From the NCBI GenBank assembly GCA_025594325.1, contig JANHCV010000004.1, positions 2,449,225 to 2,513,224 of the forward strand: a stretch of DNA of 64,000 nt, read 5' to 3'. Shown here piece by piece: positions 45,307-57,129 of the stretch. The notes under the pieces are model-generated. The model worked only from the letters and a program-made list of their open reading frames with translations. It did not search any database and was not told the origin of the DNA. This DNA comes from Blastocladiella emersonii ATCC 22665 (lineage: Eukaryota > Fungi > Blastocladiomycota). The position numbers and the translations under genes are program-made. Position 1 is the first letter of the stretch. Each line of letters begins with the position of its first letter.

Positions 45307-45520
45307 GTCCGCTCCCTGTCGCGCGTCATCGGCTTCGGGGGTTTCCTCGACCCGCCGTTTGGGCGCGCGCTCGTTCGGCCGTGTGCATCATCATCCTCGC
45401 CGCTCCCATCAGTCCCGCCCTGCGCGCGACCGGGTGTCTGGCGTCTCACGTCCATGGGTTTGGGCGGGCCAAGTAAAGCTCTTGAGCCCGTGGTGGTTTT
45501 TGTGTATCGTTGTCAAAATA
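45307..45520 (+). ncRNA. Candidate Fanzor omegaRNA / element right end
   Basis: Non-coding interval directly 3' of the Fanzor stop. Contains stem-loops (GGC..GGGT-TTCCTCG-ACCC-GCC near 45331-45356; CGGGC-CAAG-TAAAGCT-CTTG-A-GCCCG at 45465-45490) followed by GGTGG-TTTTT. The call is positional inference only. Confidence 0.45.
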
Positions 45521-45705
45521 CGAGGATCAGCCTGCCCAACGCGAGCCGAAAGACGCGTCGCCGATCGCCACGTGGGCAAACGAACGCCGGCTGCCCCGCC
45601 TCCGCCCGCCTGAAGAGACGCGGCTCTCATCTTCTCCACACTGCATGCAATGGAATAACGAACGACTTCTTACTTCTTGCTTTCTGCTCTGCGACCGTCC
45701 GCACC

Positions 45706-46543
45706 ATGTTCACCAAGACCGACCGCTTCGACGCCGCCCTCACCAAGGCGCAGCACGCGACGGGCGCGCTGTTCGGCCCGTTCCTCGGCGTCCATCTCCT
45801 CGGGCACACGCTTGCCCACCTCGACTCGTACCCGATCCCGTTTGATGCGGCTAATGGCTACCTGCTCGTGGCCCGCGAGCTGTACCAGTACCCGCTCGTG
45901 GAGACTGCTGGTGCCGTGGTCGCCGCACTTCATGTTGGAGCGGGCCTCGTCAAGTTTGCTCGCCGCAAGTTCAAGATCGGGTACAAGTCCTCGGCGCCCA
46001 CCTTTTGGACTCGCACCACTGGTTTGATACTCGCGGCGTTTTTTGGTGGACACGTCTACTACACACGCGCCGCTGCGCTCCTGACGTGGGGAGATTCGAG
46101 GTACGCGTACGCGTACGCCCTCGGCGTCGCTTCGCCGTCCCGCTCACAGACTCGACGTGTAGCCTCATGGATTACACGTACGTTACGTACACGGTAAACA
46201 AGTACGGCCTCGGCTTCACCCTGTACTACATGCTTCTCGGTGGCGCTGGTGTCATTCACTTGATGAACGGCGCACGGTACGCTCCCTCAATGGCACGATC
46301 TCACTGTCCACTGACCGTCGAGCCTGCAGGACCATCCGCGAGCGCGTCAAATACAACCGTCCTCTCACGTCCGCGAGCGATCCGACTCGCCGCTGGACCT
46401 ACGCGACGTGGGCCGCAGTCGGCATCATGACCTCGTCGGTACTCGCGCTCGGGGGCTACTACTTCCGCGTCCCCGTCATTGCCACGCGCGAGTTTGACCG
46501 CCTGAACGCGCTGGCCTCGAGCAAGCTCAGCCTGTCCTACTGA
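45706..46543 (+). CDS. MCP1: Mitochondrial adapter protein Mcp1-like (DUF1691 membrane protein), 2 introns
   Basis: KAQHATGALFGPFLGVHL, LLVARELYQYPLVE, ALHVGAG, TGLILAAFFGGHVYYTR, DYTYVTY, YYMLLGGAGVIH conserved TM motifs. Confidence 0.75.
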
Positions 46544-46572
46544 GCATAGGTGAATACAATCATTCAACTTTG

Positions 46573-47821
46573 TTACTTCATGACGGCTCGGAGCAGGCTC
46601 ATCTTCGGCACGCCGCCAAACTCGATCAGCAGCGGGACCAGCGTGTCGAAACGATTAGCGTTGCGGGCAGCAGCGCGGAACGCAGCTGGGCCTGGCGTCG
46701 CGCCAGATTGCCGCTGTGCCTCGAGCAGCCGCCGCAGCTCGGCCAAGGGAAGGCGCGGAAACGATTGAACTGCTGTCGCGAGCGCCGTGTCCGAGACGGC
46801 GGCGTTGTTGTTCAGTAGAGTTATGCAGTAGACGTCGAGTGCGAGCGCGGACGCGCATGCAGCGACGGCGTTCGCGTTCACAGCACGCTGGCGCTTCGCA
46901 CCAGCTGGTCTCGAATCAGCGACAGCGTCGTCCGACCGAGAGCGTTTAGAGCCTGCGGGTTGAAGGCCCTGCTCCGTGCTAGCTTCGTTGGTACAACAAC
47001 GTTCAAGCGCGAGTTCCAATGACCGTGCTGTCGGCGTGACGCCGCTCGCAAGCAGCGTCTCGAGCGTCTCAAGTTGCTGACTCTGTGGGTGCGGTCAACG
47101 GTTGGCGGTGAGGTGAGTAAGCGCTCGCAGTCCAAGCACATGTCTCCGTCGTGCGTACCTCGGTCGCAATCTCGGTGGCCATTCCGTCCTTGGCGTTGAG
47201 AAGGAAGCCCAGGTCTCGCAGCTCGAGAAGAAGCTCCCACTTCCCCTGCTGCGCACACTTGAGGACCGTAAAGCCCGTGTCGTGCTGCATGCCACGGTCC
47301 AGCATCGCACGGATCAGCGGCAGATTGCTCGCCGGATCGAGCAGGGCGCGCAACGCAAGCCATCGGGGCAAAGAGCGTCGCTTGGCCGTGACACGCACGA
47401 CGGCGTCGCTGGTGCATCCGGCGATACGATCGAGCACGGCTAGCACACCCAGATCGAGAACGCGGACGCGGAGTGCCGTATTCAGAGCAGCGGTCGCAAG
47501 CTCGGACGGCGTCAAGGAAGGAGGTGGTTGCGGCGCTGCCTCCAAAGGAGGTTGAGTGCCCGCGCGGCGTTTGGCTAGGACTGCTGCCTTGGGTGCGGGG
47601 GCCTGCTTCGCCGCCGCCGCAGCAGCAGCGGCCAACTGCGCGTAACGACACAGATAGCGTGCCCGAGCAGAGCTCGACGCCCGGCTGGAGGGAAGAAAGC
47701 TCGCGGCGACCGCCTTGGACACGGCGACGAGCTCGGGCGAGCCCACGAGGCTCAAAATCTCGTGCAAGACGAAGCAAGGCAGGTTCTCAAGCGACAGTTT
47801 GCGCCGTTTCGACGATGACAT
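46573..47821 (-). CDS. F-box-like plus ankyrin-like protein; intron ~47075-47158
   Basis: N-terminal NLS-like KRRK and F-box-like LENLPCFVLHEILSLV; helical repeats (VLKCAQQGKWELLLELRDLG; LETLLASGVTP). Exon 2 is ORF 46573..47019. Confidence 0.6.
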
Positions 47822-48010
47822 GGCATTGAGTTACATGGAGGAACGAGATAAGGGAGTAAGGGAGAAGGGAAGGCCGGTCCTCGGCAGGTCGCAGCGGCCC
47901 GCCCACGTGAGGCGTCGCGAGGCGGAGCCGATGACCGTCGCGTCCGGCAGCGCACCAAGCGTTCTCGCACGTTCACGCGGATCCTATGTCGCAAATAACA
48001 CGTTGTATTC

Positions 48011-51000
48011 TCATTGTCTCGCTTCTTCTGCCATGGCGGCCGCAACCTTGCGCGCGATGATCGCCTGCAGCGCGAGCAGGAGCTGGTCGCGCTCGACCTT
48101 GCGCTGGCAGTGCACGACAATCACCTTGCCGCGCCGTCGGCGTCGCTTGACGAGGTCGGCGGCCGACGGCGGGGACCAAAGTGTCAGACACACCTGGTGC
48201 GGGCCCTCGTGCTGCGTGACGATCGGTGGGCTCAGCGGCGGCAGCCACGTCGCGAGGTTGCCTGTAGCCTCGTCCTTGCTCGCGGCAGGACGCGAGCCGC
48301 GCGCCGGTCCATGTGCGGATGGCGCGAGGAACTCGGATGCGGGAGCTCCGAACTCGCGGTGTCCGTGGTTGAGCAGGTGGTGGTGATGGAGAACCCGGTT
48401 CGCTGCGTGTGCGTGGAGCGGCGGCGGCGGCGGGAGGTGCGGTTCGGGGAGCAGCTCGGCCGACGAGAAGGGAACGATGGGGACCGAGTTGGACGCAATG
48501 TCGGCGTACACGGCGGCACTCGGGCCGGCATCCGCTGCGTGGTGGAAGGACTCCCACAGGTCTGGCTGCGAGAGGCCGAGCCGAGCGCGGTGCACATTCG
48601 AGAGCCCGCGCGGACCGCCGCGGGCGGATCGCCCCGCGTTGCTGGAGCCGTCCTCGCGCGCACCAGCGCCGAACTCGTCATCCTCGTCGTCCGAGTCCGT
48701 CAGCATCTCGTCACCCGCGTCGGGCGCGAGCGGTGGGGCGGGCAGCGGCGCGGCCGAGGCCCAGGTGAAGAGCTTGGGGTCGATGACGTGCGACTCCTCG
48801 TCGGCGGCTGCGGCGCCCGTCTTGGGGTTGACGTAGCCGACGAGGACGTGCGAGCGCGCGTGCAGCGCGATCGCGTGCCGCACCACGTACATGCCCGACC
48901 CGGCGTCCGCCCGCTTGCACAGCAGGACGCGCGCTTCGGTCACGATCAGGAACGCCGGCTTGAACAGGCCGCGCGACTTGCGCTTGAAGTACACGGGGTG
49001 CGCCGCCTTGATGGCGACGTCGCCCGACGTCAGCTCGACTGGCCACAGCCGCGCGTCCGTGACCATGGACTGCACGAGGTCCGCGGCGTCGAACCGTGGG
49101 CCGCGCGCGTACGTCGCCGCGTTGGTCTCGAGGACGTGGCGAAAGTGCTGGCCCCACGTGTACCGCTGCTGGCGCAGGTGGATCACGGCGTCAGCGATCC
49201 CGGCGAGCCACGCGTGGAGCGCGGGATGGCCGTCGGCCGCGAGCTCGGCGACGTCGCCGTTGGTCATGACGAGGTGGAACTGCGCCGACCGCCCGCGGAG
49301 ATGGGTTGCGGCGGTGGTGGAGGCGCGCGTGGGGAGCGAGACGAGCGGGGTGCCGTGGTGAGCTGCGGACCCGATGGTCGTGTACTTGGCGAGCGCCGAC
49401 GCGCAGTCGAGGCAGGGCTCGGGGATTGAAATGTACGACAGGTCCGCGAGGTAAAGGAACTGGCGCCCCGTGAGCACGGTGCGCTCCTCGTGCAGCGGAA
49501 CGGCGCTGATGCGGTACGCTGCGTCCTCGAGCGAGGCCGTTGCGGGTGCGGATCCAGCGGACGCGGCCGAGATGGTCGCATCCGAGTTCGCGGCAGCAGC
49601 AGCAGCGGCCACGGCGGCAATGTGCGAGGTCGGGAAGCGCGTGAACCAGAGGCAGTCGTCCGAGATCTGCATGCAAAAGTACGTCTCCCAGCTGTAGATG
49701 CCGAGGACATGGTGGCGGACACGACGGCTGAGGAACCCCTCGCACAGCGCCGGCGGGCACGGGTTCGGCGGCTCCGCGTAAAAGGGCGGCGGGATCTCGC
49801 GCGTGTCCAGAACGAGGTCGGGCATGATCCGCAGCTCGAGCTGGTGCGTGTTCTCGAGTGTCCGCGGTCCAAACGCGGCCGAAATCCCCGTTCGACAGGC
49901 CTCGTCGATCCACTCGATGCGGTCGCCGCGCCGCCAGCAAACCGCAACAGCGCCAGCATCAACATGCGCGAGCCAGCCGACGAGCATCGCGTCATCGGGT
50001 GCCGCTGCAGCCGCCTCGCGAACGACCTCGACCGCCTCGTCGCGACACGTCCACACAGTCATCTCGGGGTCAAGCGGCACGGCGACGGCGAGGTGCACGT
50101 CAGGGATCGACACGCGGACCGTTGGCGGCGCGGGAACGCGGTTGTTCTCGGGCAGCGCGAGCCAGATGGCGCGGTACCACAAGATGGCGAGGTCGACGCT
50201 GGACGCGTGGCATACCCATTTGGTCGGGCTGGCCGCGGACTGGAGCACGAACGCGCCGTCCGAGGGCGTGTGCAGCTCGAGTCGTGTGCGGCGGAGCGCA
50301 ATCGATTCGATGGGCTTGTCAGGGCGATTATTCTACGAGGTCAACGGTCAGCACGCGCCGATGCGATGGAACAAGTGCAAATCGGGCGTACCTCGACGCC
50401 GCAAAAGTGAAGGTGCGTGTCGCGAGTCGCAAGGTCGAGGACGAGGAACGCGTAGTACTCGCGCCAGAAAATATTCTCGAGATCGGCATGAGACTTGCGC
50501 GCGGCAATAATCTCGCGCGGGTGCTCAAAGCGCATGAGCAGGACGCTCGAGAAGAGGATGCGCATCGAGTGGATGGGCTTGTGGAGCGCCGAGTACGGCA
50601 AGCACGACGCGAAGAGCGCACGGACCTTGCCCGACCGCTTGGAAGCGACGCTTGGGGCGGGGCGGGCATACGTCGAGACCAATGTGCCCGACGGGACCGA
50701 CTGGGATGGCGCTTGCGGTTGGGGCGAGGTAGAAGCCGTGCTCGACAAGGGCGGCGTTGGCAACTGCTGCGGGAATGAGACATCGGGTGTAAGGGGCGGT
50801 CCCAAGTCGGCGGTTTCGCTCGTGGGCACAGGACTCGTTGCGTGACGGACTCCAAGAGTTTCCGCGGCAGAATAGAAGCTGTTGATGGACGTGGCACGCG
50901 AACGCGTGGTGGTGGAGCGCGAGCGGATGCTCTCGGCCGATCGAGGCGTTTCGGGCGAAACGAGCATGTTGGCGTCGAGGTGAAGCAACGACCGCGAAGC

Positions 51001-51732
51001 GGATGGCGCGGTTGCGCTGGCGCCAGCAGGCGCGTTGCCGTCGCTGGTATCGATGAAGAAGGTGGGCACCGCGGCCGAGGGGACGGGGGGCGAGGCCTCG
51101 TCCCAGTCGTCGCGTAGCATTCGGCGAGACCTCGACTCGATGCGCGGCCCGGGAAGCTGATCAAAGTGGACGCTGCGAGGCGCCGCGGACGTGGTCCCAG
51201 CACCGTCTCCTTCGGCGGCCGCGCGCGCCCCCGCCGCGAAAAAGGCGCTGCTCAACGTCGGCAGCGAGATGGGATGTGGCAGCGAGTCCGTGACGAGCAT
51301 CGACGCACTGCTGCAGCTGGCGCCGTCGTCGTGACCGGCGGTCGAGGCGATCGAAGCGGAAAACGTCGAGGCCGTCGCGCCCGCATCGTCCATGGTCACC
51401 CCGGCAAGAGCGACACGCGCGAGATTCGCAGGTTCCGAGAAGGCGCGGGGCAGCGTGCCCAGGCGCGGACGGCGCAAGGTAGCGCGGCTCGTGGACGGCC
51501 CTGGCGCGGCGGGAGACCGCGTGTTCGACGCCGACGAGACGGATTCGCGGAGCGCGCCAGGTGCGGACGAAGCGACCGAGGTTTCGGCAGGAGCTCGAGG
51601 CGCGGGCATAAAACCCGCGACAAAGACGCGGTTCCGCGCTGCCTCGCGCCGCGTCGGCCAGCGCTCGACCCCGGCGCCGCCGCCGACACGGGGTACTTTT
51701 GGCCGTGCATCAGGTTCTTCATTTAGATTCAT
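48011..51732 (-). CDS. Large PH-domain protein, Spo71/Mug56-like; intron 50333-50391
   Basis: A 59-bp GTACGC...CTGAC...TAG intron joins ORFs 50341..51867 and 48011..50248 in frame. Motifs VCWRRGDRIEW, THQLELR, PPALCEGFL and a C-terminal PH-like block resemble fungal Spo71 orthologs as recalled. Confidence 0.6.
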
Positions 51733-52054
51733 GGTGTGTGCTTTACATGGGCGGGGTATCGTGCGTTTGCGGGGAGAGAGTGGCGGGCCGCGAGTGCGGC
51801 CTTCGGTGATCGAGCGTCCCTTCGAAGGAGCGCCACCGCCAGCGCCACACGCGCGCGTGTCGCTCACCGCAATTTTTCGAGGCGCGTCGCCGTCTCGCCG
51901 CTCAGCATCCAGCTCAAAGCGCAGCGCACAGGGTCAAGGGGAGAGAGTTTATGAGACGACGACTCGGGAGCCCCACTGCGCACATCAGCGCGCGGGGGCA
52001 GGATATATACAATGCAGCGTCGGCGAGGCGCTCGGCGATGAGCGGGCAGGCCGA

Positions 52055-52337
52055 CTACTCCTTGACGGTGCGGCCGGTCGACGGGGCCGAGGCGCGAACC
52101 TCCTCGATGGCCTCCTCGACCTCCTCCTCGTACGTGCCCCAGTTGCCCTTGCCGCCGCCGCTCTTCTTGGCACCGCGGTCGGCGCCGTTGCTACGCGTCG
52201 CACCGGGCGTGAGGTCAGTGGGCTGTGCGCGTCGCGAGCTCGGGCCAGATGGATGAGACGCACCGCGAGACGTGGCGGTCCTTGGTGACGGTGCCCTTGT
52301 TGATGGTGGCGTGCGTGTCGTTGGTCGGGAGCGTCAT
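52055..52337 (-). CDS. Small STF2/Tma10/HABP4-like protein (69 aa); intron 52191-52263
   Basis: Spliced product MTLPTNDTHATINKGTVTKDRHVSRNGADRGAKKSGGGKGNWGTYEEEVEE...KE* carries the DRHxSR.G...KK.G.GKGNWG signature. TATAAAA lies ~95 bp upstream. Confidence 0.8.
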
Positions 52338-52657
52338 GGCGATGTGTGTGCGGGTTGCTTGGTGTTGATGCGTGGTGTTGCTTGGTGTCAGCGATGAGGA
52401 GCAGGATGGGTGCGAGGGCAGCGGGCGGCTTTTATAGGGGGCCTGCGCAGGCCTGCCCAGGGCGAACGGTCAGTTCATGACGCGTTCCGTGACTCAAATG
52501 GGGCTTGCTCGCGCAGCAGGCTTCCTCCAAGCCGAAACTTTGAGGCCTGAACGTCACAGTGACCTCGAACCGCCTCACCCACACGTCAGCCTGTGGTCTC
52601 GGTGAGCAAGAGAAAGGTTGGTTGTAAATATGTGCATTGAGCTCGCATCACGTCCAA

Positions 52658-53660
52658 CTACGCCTCGGCGTCAGCCTCGGCCTCGCGCGGGAGCATCGTC
52701 GCGAACGTCAGGAAGCTCGTGTGCCCGCGCGCAACGTTCCGCGGCCGCAGCATCGTCGCCGCAACCGCCACGTCAGGACTCGCCTCCGCTGCGGGGACGC
52801 CCACCTTCTTGGCCTGCGGCTTCATGGTCCGCGCCGCGTCGGCCGTGCGCAGCGTCACGTTCCGCACGTCGTTCTCGCGCAGCAGGCACTCGACCATGGT
52901 CACGTCGACGAACCCGGCCGCGCGCAACGCGTCGCATGTCCGGTCCACCTGCTCAATGCATGGCGAGAAGCAGCAGATGTAGGCCGTCGTGTCGCGGCGG
53001 AGCGCTTGTGCTGCGCTCGGCACCGCCTCCCACGGCGCGGGCAGGTCGAGGAACGCCGCATCGACGAGGTTGGTCAGCGGGAACCCGTTCTTGCACACGT
53101 CGCGGCACTCGATCGTCACGAAGCTGCTCAGACCGTGCGCCTCAAACTCCTCGCTACACGCGTGCCGACGGAGCTCAGTCAGCACCACCGATTGTAGGCC
53201 CGTGAGCCTGCTCGTGAAAACCGTACCGCGCAGCATTGGTCCGCTCGGCGTGGTACTCGAACGTGTACAGGTGGCCCGTCGGTGCCACGGATCGGATGAG
53301 CGAGTGCGAGAACGACCCGGATCCGGTGCCGGACTCGAGCACCTTGCACCCGGGCTTGAGCCGCAACCGCGCCGTGATGTACGAGATGTCGGCCTGGTAT
53401 AGGATCTGCGTGCGGTGTGGCAGCGACAGCGTCCACAGCTCGGGCGTCGGGTGCAGGATGATGATGGAGCCCTGCCCGTTGTGCCCGCCGAACCGCGTGC
53501 CCCACGGCTTGCCAATGAAGTCGTCGTGTTTGAAGGAGCCCGCGCGGTTGTTGAGCACAGTGCCGGCCTTGATCTGGACCGGGTGCACGTCGTTGTGCCC
53601 GCGGTACAGGATCGCCCAGTCGCCGTCGGCGATCGTCTCCGTGTACGTGGCGAAGGTCAT
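52658..53660 (-). CDS. TRM61: tRNA (adenine-58-N1)-methyltransferase catalytic subunit; 1 intron
   Basis: PTPELWTLSLPHRTQILY..DIS, KVLESGTGSGSFSHSL, LYTFEYH, FLDLPAPW, CCFSPCIEQV, GHTSFLTFA. Confidence 0.96.
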
Positions 53661-53790
53661 TGCTGCAAGTCTGTTCTCAAGTTCAATGGCTCACTAGTGG
53701 TTCATGGACTGGATGGCAGGGAAAGGGGACTTCATTGAGCGCCATGACGGCAAAAGGGAGAACGAGAAAACAGGAGAGGCGCGAACAGCG

Positions 53791-54675
53791 TCACGTGGCG
53801 TCATGCGGCTCGTTGCCACTCTCGACGCGTCGCGTTTCGGCCATCGCCGACCCGACTTCGAGCCCCTCGAGCCACTCGACCAGGTCGTGGCGGTGGAGCT
53901 GAATCGCGAGGCAACCGTCTTGCGGACTTGATGCAGCATCCGTGACGGCCGCGGTCACTACGACGTGCGAGTCATTCAGCCACAGCGAGACCGCCTCGGC
54001 GGCGCGTCCATCGGCCGTTCCTCGGAGACGCTGCCAGTCCCGCGTGTTGACGAGTGGGTTCGGGTATTCGGACAACTCGATTCGCTGCAGCGGCTCCATG
54101 GCACCGTTCAGTCCGTGACCTGTCGCCTTGACAACCGCCTCCTTGTAAGCCCAGCTTGTCGCGAACGCAGCCGCCGCATCGCTTTCACTCATGGCTGCGA
54201 GTGATCGCGACTCGGCCGGCCCAAGCAGTGGTGCATACAGCTCCAGATCGTCGCCTGCTGCATCACTGCTCGTCACGTCGACGCCAATCGAGACACCGTG
54301 TGAGCTTACGGTGGCAAACACAACCCACGAGCCGTGATGCGAGAGGTTAAAGTCCACGTCCCCGCCGTCGAGAAGCGCGGGCTTTCCTCGGCCACTGGCG
54401 GGCCTTACGATCACCGCTGCGGTGCCGCCGCCTAGATCACGCAGCGCGGTCCGCATGAGCAGAGCGCCGACGGCCGTGCGGAGCTGGTCGTCGGGGCGGC
54501 GGAGGCGGTGGATGCGCTCGCGCTCCCACGCAGCCGTGCACTCCACGACGTCGGGATCGGCGAGTGTCGTGGTCGCGCGCGGGGTCAGGTCGTCAACGAG
54601 CGCGAGCACCCTGCTCAACACACGCCCCGTGCTCACATCGCGAGGAAGTTGGATTGCATAGAGTTGCACGTTCAT
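53791..54675 (-). CDS. LYS5: 4'-phosphopantetheinyl transferase (Sfp/Lys5-type)
   Basis: GKP, FNLSHHGSWVV, IGVDV, W..KEAVVKATGHGL motifs; likely start MNVQLYAI at 54675. Confidence 0.88.
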   Translation of the reverse strand: MNVQLYAIQLPRDVSTGRVLSRVLALVDDLTPRATTTLADPDVVECTAAWERERIHRLRRPDDQLRTAVGALLMRTALRDLGGGTAAVIVRPASGRGKPALLDGGDVDFNLSHHGSWVVFATVSSHGVSIGVDVTSSDAAGDDLELYAPLLGPAESRSLAAMSESDAAAAFATSWAYKEAVVKATGHGLNGAMEPLQRIELSEYPNPLVNTRDWQRLRGTADGRAAEAVSLWLNDSHVVVTAAVTDAASSPQDGCLAIQLHRHDLVEWLEGLEVGSAMAETRRVESGNEPHDAT

Positions 54676-54754
54676 TGCTTCATTCGATTCGTTATACAGG
54701 TACACAAGCTCGGCGCCGCTTTCAGAGCGACGGTGCGGCGGGGCGAGCTGCGAG

Positions 54755-56561
54755 CTAGCAGCTCCCCGCCTCGCCGTCGCCGCCCGCGCGAAGGCAGTCC
54801 CACCAGGCCGCGACGCGCTCGCCAAAGGAAAGGTTCTCAAACGACCGGGACCAGTCCTCGAGGGCACCGTTGCCCATGGCGCGGGTCTGCGCCGAGATCG
54901 TGTCGGACGAGGCCGGCGGGTACAGGAGGCCCTGGGTAACGTGGGACTCGGCCATGGCGAGGAACTCGCTAAAAGAGAGCCGGCCATCGCCTACAAACGA
55001 GCAAAGGACAAGTGAGAGAGGCTTCTCGCGAGTCGGCGACAAGGTGGACGTACCGTTCAGGTCAAAGAGGCTGACGATCACGTCAAGCTGATAAGGGCTC
55101 AACTTGACTTCACACGCATGGCACGCGCGATCAAACACCTCTACAAGACGAGTGGGCGACGAGGTGAGCCTTGAGCGACGACATTAGAGGTCCGAGTGAC
55201 GTACGCTGCTCGAGCGAGCGGTCGCGCGGAACGTCCGCGTCGTTGACGTTGTACAGGATCCGCAGCGCGGCGCCGAACCGCTCCATCTGGTGCATGAGCG
55301 AGTCGAACGCGGCAAACTCCTGTAGCGAGAGGGTGGATCCGGCCGGGCCGTGTTTGGCCTCGATCTTGCGCAGCTGCTCCAGCATCACGTCGGGGTCGTT
55401 GCGCGGCCACGACAGGGCGAGGTACCACGCGAAATCGGACGCCGACATGGCGCCATCGCGCCGAGTCGCGTGGGCCGCGTACTGCACCGTACGCAGCGAG
55501 GACTGAACAGACTCGAGGAGCGCCGTGAATTCGCCGAGCGTGAAGGCCGACTGATCTGCTGATATCACGGTCCCAATCAGCGGCGCAGCCCACTCTTCCG
55601 CCGCCACATCGGATCGCGAGGCGGGAGTGCTGGAAAAGGAAATGGTCGAGAGTGCGCTGCGCATCTCGGCGAACGACAGCGTTCCGTTGTGGTTGCCGTC
55701 GAACAGGCGGAAAGCGAGCGTGTAAGCCGACATGGGCGTGGTCAGGAGCCGCTTGAGCATGTCGAACTCGCACGGGCCGAGCCGACCGTCGGTGCGGCCC
55801 GAGGCGCGCGAGGCGGCCTCAGCGAGGGAAGCGATGACGCGCACGTCCGACTCGGGAAGTCGCGAGCTCGGCAGCGCTCGGGCCAGGGCGCGCACGGCGT
55901 CATCGGCGGTAAGCGTCGCGGGGTCGTCCTCGCCAGCATAGCGGCGCGCGTACAGCGAGAAGAGCGACGCGCCGCCCCGGGTGGCGAGGTACTGAATCCG
56001 CTCCGCCGTGATACGATCCGCGTGCCCGTCATCTACGGCAGCGATTGACGACGACTCGGACCCGTTCTCGCCCCCATGAGCGACGTTATGATCGCGGCGG
56101 CGCGAGAAAGGCCAGAAGCCCTCGGCGTGCACACCGCGGGACGAGGACTGCGGCAGCGCGTCGCGGATCGATGCGGTACCCGGCGCGATGCGTTCGTCCG
56201 AGCCGCCGTCTCGCGGTGCGTACGAGGTGGAGCCCCCGCGGTGAGGCGAGAAGCGGTACCACCAGAGCTCCGACGTGACGCCAAAGAGGACCGAGATAAC
56301 GCACACGGCCGCCCAGACAGGAGAGCCGCGGCGCTTGGCGCGCGGTGCAGGCGGCGCGGGACCGGTCAGAGCTGCTCCGAGAGCGTTGCCTGGCTTCTTC
56401 ACGTCGCCGCCGTCGCCCGGCGAGTGCGGCGGTGGCGGGGGCGGCGGCGCCGTCGCAAGGGCCCGCGCGAGGCCCAACCGGGTCGCCGGTGGCGGCACCG
56501 TGCGCCGGGCAGCAGCAGAACGCAAGACGTGGAGGCGTGTGAGCCGATACATTTGCTTCAT
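54755..56561 (-). CDS. MICU-family mitochondrial calcium uptake EF-hand protein; 2 introns near the 3' end
   Basis: Arg-rich presequence and TM segment; EF-hands AFRLFDGNHNGTLSFAEM and VSLFDLNG/DGRLSFSEF; C-terminal W..C (AAWWDCL) typical of MICU1/2. Confidence 0.78.
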
Positions 56562-57129
56562 GGACTTGCAGGGAGAGAGAGAGAAGAAGCTGATGTGGCG
56601 AACGGCGCGCCTGATGAAGGGGCGCGCGCCCCTCCGGCCTTCCTCCTCCCGTCACCACTCAATGAAACGAAACTCTCTGCAATGTATCGAGAACCATGCG
56701 CAGGCCTCTAGGCTTGCGGCACTCGGATGGGCCTGTCGCGCGCGATCGGCGCGCCGCCGCACCTGTCCTCCCTCCTCGTTTCGCGCTGGCCGCCGCCGAT
56801 CTTCCCGCATGACCATGCGCACGCGTCCGTCGCGTCTCGGATGAGCGTGTTGCTCTCCCGTGCTCCTCTCTGTAACGAGCGGCCGCCGAGATGTGCATTG
56901 CCTCGCGCCCGTTCGCGCCCGCCGCGGTCAGGCAGCCGTCGTACGTGACACTTGTCAGCTCGCACTAGCACTCGGATCGCGCGATCCTCATTCCTCGCAC
57001 CCGTTTGTGAACTTGGTAGGAGTCCAATCATACATTTTGCGTCACACCCCTTCACGCAGGGACAGGCGGCGGCTCTGACGCGCGTCGCTGCGCGGCCATC
57101 AGCAAGACGCGTTTGCGCCGCTCGAGCAC

